64,000 nucleotides of DNA from Desulfatiglandales bacterium (GTDB lineage: Bacteria; Desulfobacterota; DSM-4660; Desulfatiglandales; Desulfatiglandaceae), in assembly GCA_963662465.1 (NCBI GenBank), contig OY759599.1, positions 8,000,001 to 8,064,000 of the forward strand, given 5' to 3'. Numbering within the stretch: position 1 is the stretch's first letter; each line of letters begins with the position of its first letter. The translations under genes and the position numbers were made by a program. This document shows, piece after piece, positions 50,467 through 62,500 of this stretch. The notes under the pieces are model-generated. The model ran no database searches and was not told the origin of the DNA. It saw nothing but the letters and a program-made list of their open reading frames with translations.

Positions 50467-52578
50467 ATGTCCGAAAAACCACGATATGAGGAATTGGAAC
50501 AAAAGATCAAAGAGCTGGAAAATAAGGTGGCGGAACTCCGAGGGAACAATGAGCGGTTTTCAGCAGCCATCCATACCAGCCCCGTGCCGACCGCTCAGGG
50601 CGTTATCGACCGGATGTTCGACGCTTTTGCGCTGCACGAGATCATTTGCGACGGTCGGGGGAAACCGGTTGACTATCGTTTCCTGGCCGTCAATCCGGCA
50701 TTTGAACGGATGACCGGACTCAAAGGGGATGATATCCTGGGGCGAACCGTTCTGGAAGTCCTTCCCGGCACGGAGCCGTACTGGATCGCAACCTATGGTG
50801 AGGTCGCCGTTACCGGCGAACCGGCCCTTTTCGAAAACTATTCCGCCGAACTGAAGAAGCATTTTCAGGTTAGCGTCTTCTGTCCCGGCCCCAACCGGTT
50901 CGCCTGCATTTTTGTCGACATTACCATGCGCAAGCGGGCGGAAGAGAAGTTGCGGGAAAACGATGCAAGACTCAGGGCTATCCTCGAAGCATTCCCCGGA
51001 ATGCTCAATGCCGTAGACAGCAATTACAACATTATATGCGCGAGCAGGAAACTTGTGGAAAGTGTGGGCCTTCATCATTTGGAAGATGCCGTGGGAGGCA
51101 AATGTTATCGCGTATTGAAAAAGCGCGACGCCATTTGCCCTGAATGCGGAGTGGTGGATGTCCTTGCCGCCGGGCAACCCTTCGTCAGGCATTGCACTCT
51201 GGATGAGGCGAAACTTACAGGCATGAGAAGCGACCTCCATATCTCTCCCATTCTCTGCAAAGATGGACGGGTGATTGGGGCGGTGGAGATCATGCTCGAT
51301 ATGTCGGCGCGTCTGCAGGCAGAGGAAGCCCTGCGGGAAAGTGAACAATGGATGTCCCTGGCGATTGAGGGAACCGGCGCCGGGTTGTGGGACTGGCATG
51401 TCCAAACCGGCAAAACCGTGTTCAACGAACGTTGGGCCGAAATGCTGGGTTACCGCCTGGCCGAATTCGAACCGACAAGCATTGGAACCTGGGAAGATCT
51501 CTGCCATCCCAATGATCTTCCTTTATCGCTGGAACGGATCGAAGCGCACGTTGCCGGCGTAACGGACGGGTATGAATGCGATATCCGCATGCGCCACAAA
51601 GACGGCCACTGGGTGTGGGTGCAGGACAGGGGCAAGGTGGTGGCCTGGGATGCCGACGGCAGGCCGCTGCGCATGTGCGGCACGCATCTGGACATCAGCG
51701 CCCGAAAAAGTCTGGAGCAAAAGCGTCTGATGATGGAAATCACTCTGCAAAAACTCCAAAAATCCGAAAGCCTGGGCCGAATGGCCGGGGCCATTGCCCA
51801 CCACTTCAACAACCAGCTCCAGGCCGTAATGGGGTACCTGGAGCTGGCCATGGGCGATTCGTCGGGAAATACCGCACTCCGTGAGGACCTGACCGAGGCC
51901 ATGAAGGCGGCCCGGAGGGCGGCCGAGGTGAGCGGTCTGATGCTGGTTTACCTCGGCCAAAAGACCGGCAAACGGGCGACGATGGATCTTTCCGAGGCCT
52001 GCGGGTCGGGCCTTCCCCTGCTTCAAACCGTCATGCCCAAAAACATCCTCATGGAAACCGATCTGCCGGCCCCGGGACCTGCCATCCGAGCCAACGCGAA
52101 CCAGATCCAACAGGTTTTGACCAACCTGGTCACCAATGCCTGGGAAGCCATGGCCGAGGGTGGGGGCGAAATTCGCCTGACCGTCAAGACCGTTTCAGCA
52201 GAGGATATCCCCAAATCGCACCGATTCCCAATCGATTGGCGGCCCCAGGATGAGAGCTATGCCTGCCTGGAAGTGGGCGACACCGGCTGCGGAATCGAGG
52301 AGCAGAATATGGAAAACCTCTTCGATCCGTTTTTTTCCACAAAGTTTACCGGTCGTGGCCTGGGATTGCCCGTGGTGGTCGGAATTGCAGGGGCACATGG
52401 AGGCCTGGTCACGGTGGAAAGCGGGGCCGGAGGGCGGAAGTCGGAGGACGGAGGGCAGAGGACGGAGGACGGAGAACAGGGGACGAAGGGCAGGGGGAGT
52501 GTGTTTCGGGTCTTTTTTCCTTTGTCGCTTGAAGAGGTCATCCGGCAGCCGGAAAAACCGTTGGTTCCGGGCATCTGA
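50467..52578 (+). CDS. Histidine kinase (3xPAS-HisKA-HATPase), truncated before its REC domain
   Basis: GRMAGAIAHHFNN, GRGLGL; diverges from the paralog after QPEKP. Confidence 0.88.
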   Translation: MSEKPRYEELEQKIKELENKVAELRGNNERFSAAIHTSPVPTAQGVIDRMFDAFALHEIICDGRGKPVDYRFLAVNPAFERMTGLKGDDILGRTVLEVLPGTEPYWIATYGEVAVTGEPALFENYSAELKKHFQVSVFCPGPNRFACIFVDITMRKRAEEKLRENDARLRAILEAFPGMLNAVDSNYNIICASRKLVESVGLHHLEDAVGGKCYRVLKKRDAICPECGVVDVLAAGQPFVRHCTLDEAKLTGMRSDLHISPILCKDGRVIGAVEIMLDMSARLQAEEALRESEQWMSLAIEGTGAGLWDWHVQTGKTVFNERWAEMLGYRLAEFEPTSIGTWEDLCHPNDLPLSLERIEAHVAGVTDGYECDIRMRHKDGHWVWVQDRGKVVAWDADGRPLRMCGTHLDISARKSLEQKRLMMEITLQKLQKSESLGRMAGAIAHHFNNQLQAVMGYLELAMGDSSGNTALREDLTEAMKAARRAAEVSGLMLVYLGQKTGKRATMDLSEACGSGLPLLQTVMPKNILMETDLPAPGPAIRANANQIQQVLTNLVTNAWEAMAEGGGEIRLTVKTVSAEDIPKSHRFPIDWRPQDESYACLEVGDTGCGIEEQNMENLFDPFFSTKFTGRGLGLPVVVGIAGAHGGLVTVESGAGGRKSEDGGQRTEDGEQGTKGRGSVFRVFFPLSLEEVIRQPEKPLVPGI
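52423..52494 (+). repeat. Heptamer tract (9 units, in frame) inside the HATPase C-terminus
   Basis: ggagggc ggaagtc ggaggac ggagggc agaggac ggaggac ggagaac aggggac gaagggc; 72 nt. Confidence 0.85.
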
Positions 52579-52723
52579 ACCTCACCGCGAAAGTTGAATA
52601 ACGCTTCGGGAGAAAAGAGCCAGGGAACAAAAACAGGAGATGTGTCGAGCATAAAGTGCGTCTTCCGGCAAGAAGTAGAAACATACCCGGCAATATAAAT
52701 TGTAAGTTATGCGGAGTACTGAC

Positions 52724-55700
52724 ATGCCTGAAAAACCGACATATGAAGAGCTTGAGAAAAGAATCCGGGACCTCGAAAACAGAATAACTGTCTGCTCTAA
52801 AGAAAACCGGTTTATGGAAAATCACGATGCTCTGGTGGGTATATCGCTGCATACCGAGTCTGAAATAACAAATCTGGATTTGGCCGCCATTATTGATGTG
52901 AAGGCGATCCAGTCTTTGATGAATCATTTTTACAAACTCACAAACATCGGTGTGGCCATCCTTGATCTGAATGGAGAAATTCTTATCGCCACGGGATGGC
53001 AGGATATCTGCACCAAGTTTCATCGTGTCCACCCCGAAAGTCGAAAAAATTGTTTGGAAAGCGACCTTGAACTTTCAAACGGCATTAAACCCGGTGAATT
53101 CAGGCTTTATCGATGCAAGAATCATATGTGGGATATGTCGACGCCGATTATGGTGGGTGGCCGGAAAGCAGGGAACCTGTATCTGGGTCAGTTTCTTTTT
53201 GAAGACGAATCAGCGGATGTCGAGACGTTTCGCTGCCAGGCCCGAAAATATGGATTCGATGAAAATGCCTACATTTCGGCGCTTGAACGGGTACCACGCT
53301 GGAGCCGCCGGACAGTAAACACGGTTATGCATTTCTACACCCAACTGGCCGATCTATTTTCACAGCTGGGCTTTAAGAATTTCATGCTTGCTGAAAGTGT
53401 AGCGGAAAAAAATCACCTTCTTGATTCATTAAGTGAAAGCGAGGAAAAATATCGCGAACTCATAGAAAACCTTAATGATGTGATCTACGCAGTGGACAAT
53501 GACGGTACAATCACTTACGTCAGCCCATCTGTAGAGTCTATCTTCGGCTATACTGACGATGAGATTGTCGGGCGCCGATTTTCAGAGTTTATTTACATTG
53601 AAGACCGGGAAATGGTTTCCACCGCCTTCATGCGTGTGCTTCAGGGAAACCTTTCACCGATGGAATATAGAATTCAGACAAAAAACGACGAGATTCGATG
53701 GGTAAGAACCTCAAGTCTTCCGATTGACAAGAAAGGACGAGTTACCGGGCTGCAGGGGGTACTCACAGACATTACCGACCATAAAACCGCGGACACTGCA
53801 CTCCAAAAAAGTGAGGAGACGTTGCGCGCCATGCTCAACGCGTCCCCGTTGGCTATCCTTTTAATCGATAGAAACGGCCGGGTACTTGAATCGAACGAAG
53901 AACACGCCGGGCGTCTACAGATGACGCGCGCACAAATTACAGGGAAATGTATATGGGATTTGCTGCCGGAAAGTGTCCGGGTTCATAGAAAGATGCAGGT
54001 TGAAACGGTTTTTGAGACTGGTGAACCCTTTTCCGGTGAGGACAAAAGGGGAAATGTCTGGAATGCGTACCATATCCATCCAGCCATCAAAAATAACCGG
54101 AACGAAATAGAAGCAGTCATTGTCGAAGCGCTCGACATTTCCGAGCGCAAGCGGTCTGAAGAGGCCCTCAAGGAATCAAAGATGTTTCTGGATAACATGT
54201 CGGATATTGCCTATATTGCCGATGCCCAGGGGAATGTCACATGGGTTAATTCCGCTTTTGCACGGATAACAGGTATTCCACCTGAAGAAATCATTGGGAA
54301 ACCATTTTTACCTTTGTTTATGAAGGATGACCACGCTTCCCTCATAGATGTATACAATAGAACATTACTGGGGGAATCGCTGGAGAATACGCTAACCTTC
54401 ACATCGGGGGTTACCTGCCATTTCACCAGCTTGCCCAAGCGTAATGTTAAGGGCGAAATCATCGGTACTTTTGGCGTTGCCAGAGATATTACGGATCGTC
54501 TCAATGCGGAAAAGGCGCTTCAAATCAGCGAGGACCGTCTGAAGAAAGCTCAGGAGGCAGCCGGAATAGGCAATTGGGAATATGACGTATCAACAGGACG
54601 GGTATGGGGTTCGGAGGAGGCTTTTCGGATATATGGAATAGAGCGAACGAGTGAATACCTCCCTCTTGATGAAGTGGAGAATCAGATCATTGAGGCCAAG
54701 AGAGTCAACCAAGCCTTGGTTGACCTGATAACCAAGGAGGAAGATTATGATATTGAGTTTCAGATTACACAAAAAGACAGTCAAAGATTAGTCACCATTC
54801 ATTCGATAGCCGATCTAATTAAGGATGATGAAGGCAATCCGGTCAAGGTATTAGGGGTCATCCAGGACATCACGGACAAGAAAGATAAAGAGGAAGAAAA
54901 CATCAAACTCCTTGGTCAGTTGAAGCAAGCGCAAAAAATGGAGGCCATTGGCAATCTTGCCGGCGGCATTGCCCACGATTTCAACAACATCTTGTTTCCC
55001 ATCATCGGTTTGTCCGAATTGTTGCTGGAGGACCTTCCTCCCGGAAGCCTGGAATATGAAAACACGCAACAGATCCTGAAAGCGGGTGAAAGGGGCAGCG
55101 ATTTGGTCAAGCAGATTCTCGCTTTCAGTCGCCAATCCGAACAAAAGAAGATGCCGATTCGCATTCAGCAGATTCTGAAAGAGGTGATGCAACTAACCCG
55201 CTCAACGATCCCCGCGAATATCTCCATCACACAATATATTCAAAATAATTGCGGCTTGGTAATGGCGGAATCAACGCATATACACCAGATCGCCATGAAT
55301 TTGATCACCAACGCCTACCATGCCGTTGAACCAAAAAGTGGGGAAATAGCTGTTCGGTTGAAGGAAGTAGGACATGACGAACTGCCTGACGGCGATCTTT
55401 TACCCGGGAGATATGCGCTGCTGATTGTTTCCGACACAGGTGGCGGAATTGATCCTGCCATTATGGATAAAATCTTTGAGCCTTATTTCACAACCAAGGA
55501 GCAGGGTAAGGGTACGGGCCTCGGTCTTGCTGTCGTCTATGGAATCGTAAAAGATCACCTTGGTGATATAAAAGTCTACAGCGAATTGGGAAAAGGCACG
55601 ACTTTCAAAGTATACCTGCCAATTATGGCTAAAGCTGAAAAATCAGAATCGATTGACGAGAAAAAAGACTATCCACCGAGCAACGAGCGTATTCTGTTGG

Positions 55701-56068
55701 TGGACGACGAAGCGCCTATCGCCAATCTGGAAAAGCAGATGCTTGAACGTCGCGGCTATCGTGTAGCAGAGTACGTAAGCAGCTCTGATGCGCTGAAAGC
55801 ATTTAAAGCGAATCCATCCGCTTTTGATTTGGTGATTTTGGATATGGCCATGCCGAATATGACCGGTGACCAAGTTGCCCGGAAACTACTTAAGATCAGG
55901 CCGGACATCCCTATCATCATCTGCACCGGATTCAGCGAACAACTTAATCGGGAGAATGCTACCGCCATTGGTGTGAAAGGTTTTCTGATGAAACCAATCA
56001 CCAAGTCAGAAATGGCAAAGGTTGTGAGAAAAATTCTGGATGAGCACAAGAACAAGACTCAAGAATAA
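52724..56068 (+). CDS. Hybrid histidine kinase with PocR sensor (PocR-4xPAS-HisKA-HATPase-REC)
   Basis: PocR ATGWQDICTKFHRVHP...CLESD...YRCKNHMWD; GNLAGGIAHDFNN. Confidence 0.92.
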   Translation: MPEKPTYEELEKRIRDLENRITVCSKENRFMENHDALVGISLHTESEITNLDLAAIIDVKAIQSLMNHFYKLTNIGVAILDLNGEILIATGWQDICTKFHRVHPESRKNCLESDLELSNGIKPGEFRLYRCKNHMWDMSTPIMVGGRKAGNLYLGQFLFEDESADVETFRCQARKYGFDENAYISALERVPRWSRRTVNTVMHFYTQLADLFSQLGFKNFMLAESVAEKNHLLDSLSESEEKYRELIENLNDVIYAVDNDGTITYVSPSVESIFGYTDDEIVGRRFSEFIYIEDREMVSTAFMRVLQGNLSPMEYRIQTKNDEIRWVRTSSLPIDKKGRVTGLQGVLTDITDHKTADTALQKSEETLRAMLNASPLAILLIDRNGRVLESNEEHAGRLQMTRAQITGKCIWDLLPESVRVHRKMQVETVFETGEPFSGEDKRGNVWNAYHIHPAIKNNRNEIEAVIVEALDISERKRSEEALKESKMFLDNMSDIAYIADAQGNVTWVNSAFARITGIPPEEIIGKPFLPLFMKDDHASLIDVYNRTLLGESLENTLTFTSGVTCHFTSLPKRNVKGEIIGTFGVARDITDRLNAEKALQISEDRLKKAQEAAGIGNWEYDVSTGRVWGSEEAFRIYGIERTSEYLPLDEVENQIIEAKRVNQALVDLITKEEDYDIEFQITQKDSQRLVTIHSIADLIKDDEGNPVKVLGVIQDITDKKDKEEENIKLLGQLKQAQKMEAIGNLAGGIAHDFNNILFPIIGLSELLLEDLPPGSLEYENTQQILKAGERGSDLVKQILAFSRQSEQKKMPIRIQQILKEVMQLTRSTIPANISITQYIQNNCGLVMAESTHIHQIAMNLITNAYHAVEPKSGEIAVRLKEVGHDELPDGDLLPGRYALLIVSDTGGGIDPAIMDKIFEPYFTTKEQGKGTGLGLAVVYGIVKDHLGDIKVYSELGKGTTFKVYLPIMAKAEKSESIDEKKDYPPSNERILLVDDEAPIANLEKQMLERRGYRVAEYVSSSDALKAFKANPSAFDLVILDMAMPNMTGDQVARKLLKIRPDIPIIICTGFSEQLNRENATAIGVKGFLMKPITKSEMAKVVRKILDEHKNKTQE

Positions 56069-56150
56069 TGATCGGAAAGTTAAATCCTATGAACTCAAAA
56101 TGGTTGAAAATGCTATCCCAAATAAACAGTGAATTTCAAGAGAAGGTGAG

Positions 56151-58089
56151 GTGAAAATGGACCTCGATGCTTCAAACCGGAAAAAAGAGATATTGATCTA
56201 TTGTGGGATCACCATGATACTCCCGATGCAGGAAATTGCCCGTATCATAGAAAAAGAGCAGGACTGTGTGATCAAGATCACAAAGGGTGGGTCCGGCAAT
56301 CTGTTGAGCGGCATAAAAGCCAATCAGATGGGAGATCTCTATCTGCCGGGCTCTGATTCTTACATGGAGACCGCCATTACCGATGGGTTGGTTGTGGAAA
56401 CCGTCCTTGTGGGATACAATCAGGCCGCCCTGATCGTACCTAAAGGCAATCCCAAGAAGATCACCCCTGATCCGGCCAACCTCGCCAATGAACAGTATGC
56501 GGCGGTGATTGCCAATCCGAAAAGTGGCAGTATCGGCCGACAAACCAAAAAAATTCTTGAAAAAAGAGGGGTGGGGTTTCAGGGACGTTCATCCTGGATC
56601 ACGTCTTTGACGGTCTTGTTGAACGGCTCGAACAACAGGCAGCCAACCAACGGGCGCGCATGGCCATAGGCCAGGTCATTGTCAGCGACCTGAAAGATCT
56701 GCAAGGTGAATTTCTGCTACTGGCAACCACCGCGAGCCGCAAAGCCCAGGAAACAGCAGCCAATCGACTGAAAGCCAAAATCGGACATATCGAGGAGACC
56801 CTTGCCATTTTGGAAAAGGGGGGCACTCTGGAGCAGCGCATACTGCTGAATCTGGGTGAGCGGGATGAAATGCTCCGTAAGTTTCACTATCACCCTTCCG
56901 ACAATCAGCAAATCATTCTGGAAGTTGTCAATCTCGGACCTAAATTGATTGACCTGCAACAGATGACGGAGCAACTCTCCCGGATGGTCGCCGGGCGGTA
57001 TGAGGCACGACTTACAGTTTTGACGAGGCCCTCGGACAGAATCCCCGCATCATGAAAAGCGACCGCATGTCTCCGGATATTTATAAGAAGCTGTGGGATA
57101 CCGTCAAAGGGGGCGAAGAATGGCGCGGCGAACTCCTCAACAGAAAGAAAAACGGCGATCTGTTCTGGGAGGAAGCCCATATTTCGCCCATTTTCGATAA
57201 GGATGGCAACACCACCCATTTCCTGGCTATCAAACAGGATATTACGGAACGAAAAGAGACGCAGCGCGCCCTGGAAGCCGCCAAAGAGGCGGCCTAGGCC
57301 GCCAATGTCTCTAAGAGTGAATTCCTGGCCAGCATGAGCCATGAGATCAGAACGCCCATGAATGCCATCATTGGAATGACCAGCCTGTTGCTGGATACCC
57401 GGCTCAAGGCTGAACAGACCGACTATATGGAAACCATTCGCAGCAGCGGAGAAGCCCTGTTGACGATTATCAACGACATCCTGGACTTTTCCAAAATCGA
57501 GGCCGGGAAACTGGAGCTGGAAAACAGCGCCTTCGATTTACGCGCGTGTATTGACGATATTCAAAAAGCCTTGCTGCGAGCCGGAGCATCGGAATTGGGG
57601 GTCTTAGACGGGCGGTGACAGGAATTTGATATCATCACTAATCGCCGCCAGGCGTAGGCGAAGAGGAAAAAACTGGAGGCACTGAACCGGCAGCTTCAGA
57701 ATGCTGAAAGCCTGGGCCGCATGGCCGGGGCCATTGCCCACCACTTCAACAACCAGCTCCAGGCCGTAATGGGGTCTAATGGTACTCATGGATATGGAAC
57801 CTGAGAATCCCATTTATGAAGATCTTGAAGAGATTCAGGATGCGGCCAATGCCATCGCCCACCACGGCATTCTAGAGGGTCCAGAAAGTGATGAAAGAGG
57901 TCCTCAAATTGATCGGTAAGGGAACAACCTTTGAAGTGTATCTACCCCTGATGCCGGCACCGGTGTACGGGCCACAGCGAACAGATCACGGAGAACGACG
58001 CCTTTGCTTTAGGCATCAGGGGTTTTCTCCTGAAACCTATCCAAAGGAGGACTTTAGCGGAAAAAATCCGTGACGTATTAGACCAATAG
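56151..58089 (+). pseudogene. Mosaic of at least eight gene fragments (ModA-like binding protein, sensor segment, PAS-HisKA with nonsense codon, REC tails, H-box and HATPase pieces)
   Basis: [40 protein letters not shown]; copies of 51766-51835, 5330-5392, 6254-6277 and 44895-44980. Confidence 0.8.
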
Positions 58090-58409
58090 CCGGACGACCC
58101 CTATCTTCCAAATGGTGTTACCGGGCGATAATAACCGTGCGCTTTGTGGGCTTACGGAGATAGGATCGTTAATTTGACAATGGGCTGGTTTGCAATTAAA
58201 CTCTATCAGGCTGAAGTTCCGAAAAGAAATATTCAACAGCAAGACGCGAAGTGCGATATATGGGACCCATAAAATTACAAAAATGTATCGTGCAAAAAGG
58301 CGTAGCGTTGGAAGGGACAAAGGATAGGGGTCGGAGGAAGGAAGCGTAGATTTCGCGGTAGGCGATTATCAGGTTCCTGTTGCCGGCCTGGCTTTGGAGA
58401 GGTAAAATA

Positions 58410-59249
58410 ATGCATGATCAGAATTTCAAAAACCTGATTCTGGACTATCCGGTCCAGGCACTGGAGTTTTTTGCCGGGGAATCGGATGGCCGGAGAGAAG
58501 CTATTTTGTTTGTGGTCGAAGAAGAGACCAAAACCAGCGAGTTTTCAATATACCGGTTAGCCCGCTATTGTTTGGATCTGGCGGAATTGATGGGAACGGA
58601 CCGTGTGATTCCGGTTGTGATCTTTTTGAGAACGGGAGACCATCGGACCTATCTGCGATTGGGCAGTAATTCATGCGCCTATTTGGAATTTCGATATTTG
58701 ATGTGCAAACTCAAAGTCTTGTCATCTGCCGAATATTATGACAGCGACAACATTGTTGCACGGTTGAATTTACCCAATATGGCTTATCCGCCGGAGGATC
58801 GTCTTGAGATGTATCTGGCGGCGCAAACCGGCTTGGCACGGCTTGAGACGAGTCCGGAAAAGCAGCGAAAATATGCAGACTTCATCGACTTTTATGCCGA
58901 TTTGAGCGAAGAGGAAGTCACGCTCTATCGCGATCGCTATCTAAGCGAGAAAGGAGACATTATGGGACTGGCAAGTGTACTAAGAAAAGAGGGACGAGAT
59001 GAAGGCGTTGAGCAGGGAATGCAGGAGGGAATGCAGCAGGGTGCTATGAAACTTCTGTCTCGTCAAATTGCGAGGCGTTTTCAGGTCAGCTCTGATTCTG
59101 TTCATCCGATTTTTGCCGGCTTGACAACAGAGCAGCTTGAAGAATTGGGAGAGAGGTTTCTTGAGGCTGAGAGTTTGGAAGAAATTCGGGATTGGGCGGA
59201 GGAGAAACTGTCGGCAAAAGCTCAAAGGGCCGAGGTATCTGTGGAATGA
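58410..59249 (+). CDS. Rpn/YhgA-like PD-(D/E)XK family protein with DUF4351-like C-terminus
   Basis: HDQNFKNLILDY, VIPVVIFL, EGRDEGVEQGMQEGMQQG repeats, LEELGERFL. Confidence 0.75.
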   Translation: MHDQNFKNLILDYPVQALEFFAGESDGRREAILFVVEEETKTSEFSIYRLARYCLDLAELMGTDRVIPVVIFLRTGDHRTYLRLGSNSCAYLEFRYLMCKLKVLSSAEYYDSDNIVARLNLPNMAYPPEDRLEMYLAAQTGLARLETSPEKQRKYADFIDFYADLSEEEVTLYRDRYLSEKGDIMGLASVLRKEGRDEGVEQGMQEGMQQGAMKLLSRQIARRFQVSSDSVHPIFAGLTTEQLEELGERFLEAESLEEIRDWAEEKLSAKAQRAEVSVE

Positions 59250-59290
59250 CCATAAAATTCTAGCCAAAGATATTTGAAATTTTTAAAAAC

Positions 59291-59345
59291 GAATATCGAA
59301 TATCGAACAGGGAATGTCGAATTATGAAGTTTTCCTTCGACATTC
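59291..59345. repeat. GAATATC-type heptamer tract with inverted partner
   Basis: gaatatc gaatatc gaacagg gaatgtc gaattat ... ttcgacattc. Confidence 0.7.
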
Positions 59346-59505
59346 ATTATGGCGATTCTATGCCAACGCGGAGATTCTTGGCAAGGTACGTTATCCTTGA
59401 AACAAGCAGTCTTGAATAATATTGCCGGGTGTGCGATGTTGGACTTGTGCAAGTGTCCAAAACTCGTCAGTAATTTTTTATGAACAATCTTCGCGGGTAA
59501 TGAAC

Positions 59506-62500
59506 ATGACTACAAAACCGACCTATAAAGAATTGGAACAACGGGTTCAGGAACTGGAGCAAGCTGTATCTGAGCGCAAAAAGACGGAAGAATTGCTGTG
59601 GTGGCAGAAACAATTTTTTTCCCTACTGGTGAATTATTCTTCCGACATCCTGGTTTTTATAAACAAAAACGGAGAACAAAAGTTTATTAGCCCTTCGGCG
59701 GAAAGAATCACAGGGTATACGGTCGGAGAGCTTCAAAGGCCCTTTGCCGAGATTATTCATCCTGAAGACCTCCCCCGGGTTGAGCGAGGTTTTGAAAAAC
59801 TGTTGAATAATCCCGAAGCAGTGGTCACAGTTTATTACCGCCATAAGCACAAAGATGGCGGTTATCGCTATTTTGAAACCGTCGGGCGAAATTTCTTGGA
59901 CAATCCCCTGGTTCAGGGGATCGTTGCCAATGTCCGTGACATCACTGAACGCAGGCGTATGGAAGAGGCATTGCGGAAGAGCGAGGAGAAATTCCGTTCC
60001 TTAGCTGAAAACCAGCATGATGTTGTGTGGACTGTCAATGAGAATTTGGAAATTGATTATATATCACCATCATGTTTCAAAATGACAGGTACGACTGCTG
60101 AAGAAACAATGGGGATGAATCCGAAGGAATTTTATACAGAAGAATCTTACCAAAGAGTAATGATGAAATTTGCTGAAGAAAGACAAAAAGCCCCAAACGA
60201 AATACAACCGGTTGTTCTTGAAGTTGACCAATACCATAAAGATGGGCATCTTTTTCCTGTTGAAATAACTTGCACGCCCATAATTATTGATAATAAGTTT
60301 ATTGGCGTACAAGGCATTACAAGAGATATTACGGAAAAGAAAAAGGCGGAGGAAGCACTGCTGAATCAGAAATATCTCCTTCAGAAAGCACAGGAGATCG
60401 GACACATCGGCGCGTGGGAATTGGACATCAAGAAAAATGAGCTATTATGGACAGATGAGAATTACAGAATATTTGGACTTCCCATCGGAACGAAACTCAC
60501 TTATGAAACCTTCCTGAATTGTGTCCACCCTGATGACAGAGAATACGTTGATAAAGAATGGAAAGCAGCATTTGATAAGAAGTTCTATGATATAGAACAT
60601 CGCTTGCTAGTTGATGGAAAGGTGAAGTGGGTCAGAGCAAAGGCCGAGTTTCGTTTCAATGAAAAGGATGAATATATCCGAGGGACAGGGGTGACTCAGG
60701 ACATTACCGTTTCCAGGCAGGCAGAGGAAGCGCTGCGGGAGAGCAAAGAAAAACTTCGGACCGTAATCGAGCACAGCAATGAACTGTTTTATATCCACGA
60801 TACGGAGCATACCTTCATATATGCGACTCAGACTTCAGTCGATCTCCTCGGGTATACTCCGGAAGAGATGATGAGAAAATGGACGGAATTGGCAACCGAC
60901 AATCCCATTAATCAAAAGGGGCTCGAAATTACGGAACAAGGGATTGCCACGGGCAAGAAACAGGCCCCTTATCTATTGGAATTAGCTAAAAAGGATGGCA
61001 CAACCGTATTGGTTGAAATTGATGAATCTCCGGTCAAAGATGCGACCGGAAAAGTTGTGGCGATTTCCGGCGCCGCGAGGGATGTCACCGAGCAAAAACG
61101 GACGGAACAGCGATTGTTGAAATCAGAAAAGGGTTTTCGCGACCTTTTTGATTCCATTACAGACCTCATTTACACCCAGGACCTCGATGGCCGTTTCACT
61201 TCCGTTAACCGCGCTATGTGCAAAGCATTTGGTTATGAAAAGGATGCGTTGATCGGAAGACCTTCATCGGATTTTATGAAGCCGGAAATGAAGCCTTTTT
61301 TTGAAAGTGTATATCTGGAACAGATCAAAACAAAAGGGTCCCATGAGGGTATCACAAGCTATTTCGCTAAAAACGGTAAAAAGATCTACATTGACTACCG
61401 CAGTTCGCTGGTTGAACCTGACGATGGAGAGCCCTATATCAGCGGTACGGGGCGGGATATGACAGAGTGGGTGTTTTCCCAGCGGGAGATCAAACGCCTT
61501 CAGAATCAGGTACACCAGTCTCAAAAGATGGAAGCCATTGGCCTTATGGCGGGCGGTGTCGCCCATGACCTGAACAACATCCTGTCAGGGATCGTAAGCT
61601 ATCCGGAGTTACTTCTGATGGATTTACCTGAAAACAGCCCGCTCAGGAAACCCATAAAGACAATCCAGGAATCCGGGATGAGGGCTGCCGAGGTGGTGGA
61701 TGATCTGCTGACCATAGCCAGAGGGGCGGCAACGGGAAAAGAAGCCCTGAACCTCAACGTCATTGTCAGTGAATATTTGGAATCTCCTGAATACCGAAAA
61801 CTGGAAAACACTCACCCATTTGTTCATTTCAAGACGGAATTGGACCCGGATCTTTTGAATATGAGCGGTTCTCCCATCCACATCAAGAAAATATTAATGA
61901 ACCTTGTAAATAATGCATCAGAGGCCATTGAGGGCGCCGGCACAGTTACCATCTCAACTATGAATCGCCATCTGGATGAACCCTTAAAGGGGTATGTCGG
62001 TATCCGCACGGGCCGATATGTAATGTTGACGGTATCAGACAACGGTTCCGGAATATCTCCCCAGGATCTTGAGAGGATATTTGAGCCATTCTATACAAAG
62101 AAGGTCATGGGTAGAAGCGGTACAGGTCTGGGTTTGGCAGTTGTTTGGAATACGGTCCAAGACCATAAGGGATACATCAACGTACAGAGCAGCAAGACGG
62201 GAACTGCGTTTGAACTCTACTTTCCGGTGACCCGGAAGGAAGTTTCCGATGAGAAGGAAAAGATCCCTTTGGAAAATTATTTGGGGCATGGAGAAAAAAT
62301 CCTGGTGGTTGACGATGAGGAGAGGCAAAGGGAGATCGCATGCGGGATGCTGACCAGGCTGGGATACAATGCTGAGGCGGTTTCAAGTGGTGAAGAAGCC
62401 GTTAGATACCTGAAAGAGAAGCAATTTCATTTGATTGTCCTTGACATGGTCATGCCCAAAGGGATGAACGGACGGGAAACCTACGAGGAGATCATCAAGA

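Noticed and set aside
57295..57297. Pyrrolysine or amber read-through
   Set aside because: The surrounding gene is truncated on both sides; a nonsense mutation is the simpler explanation
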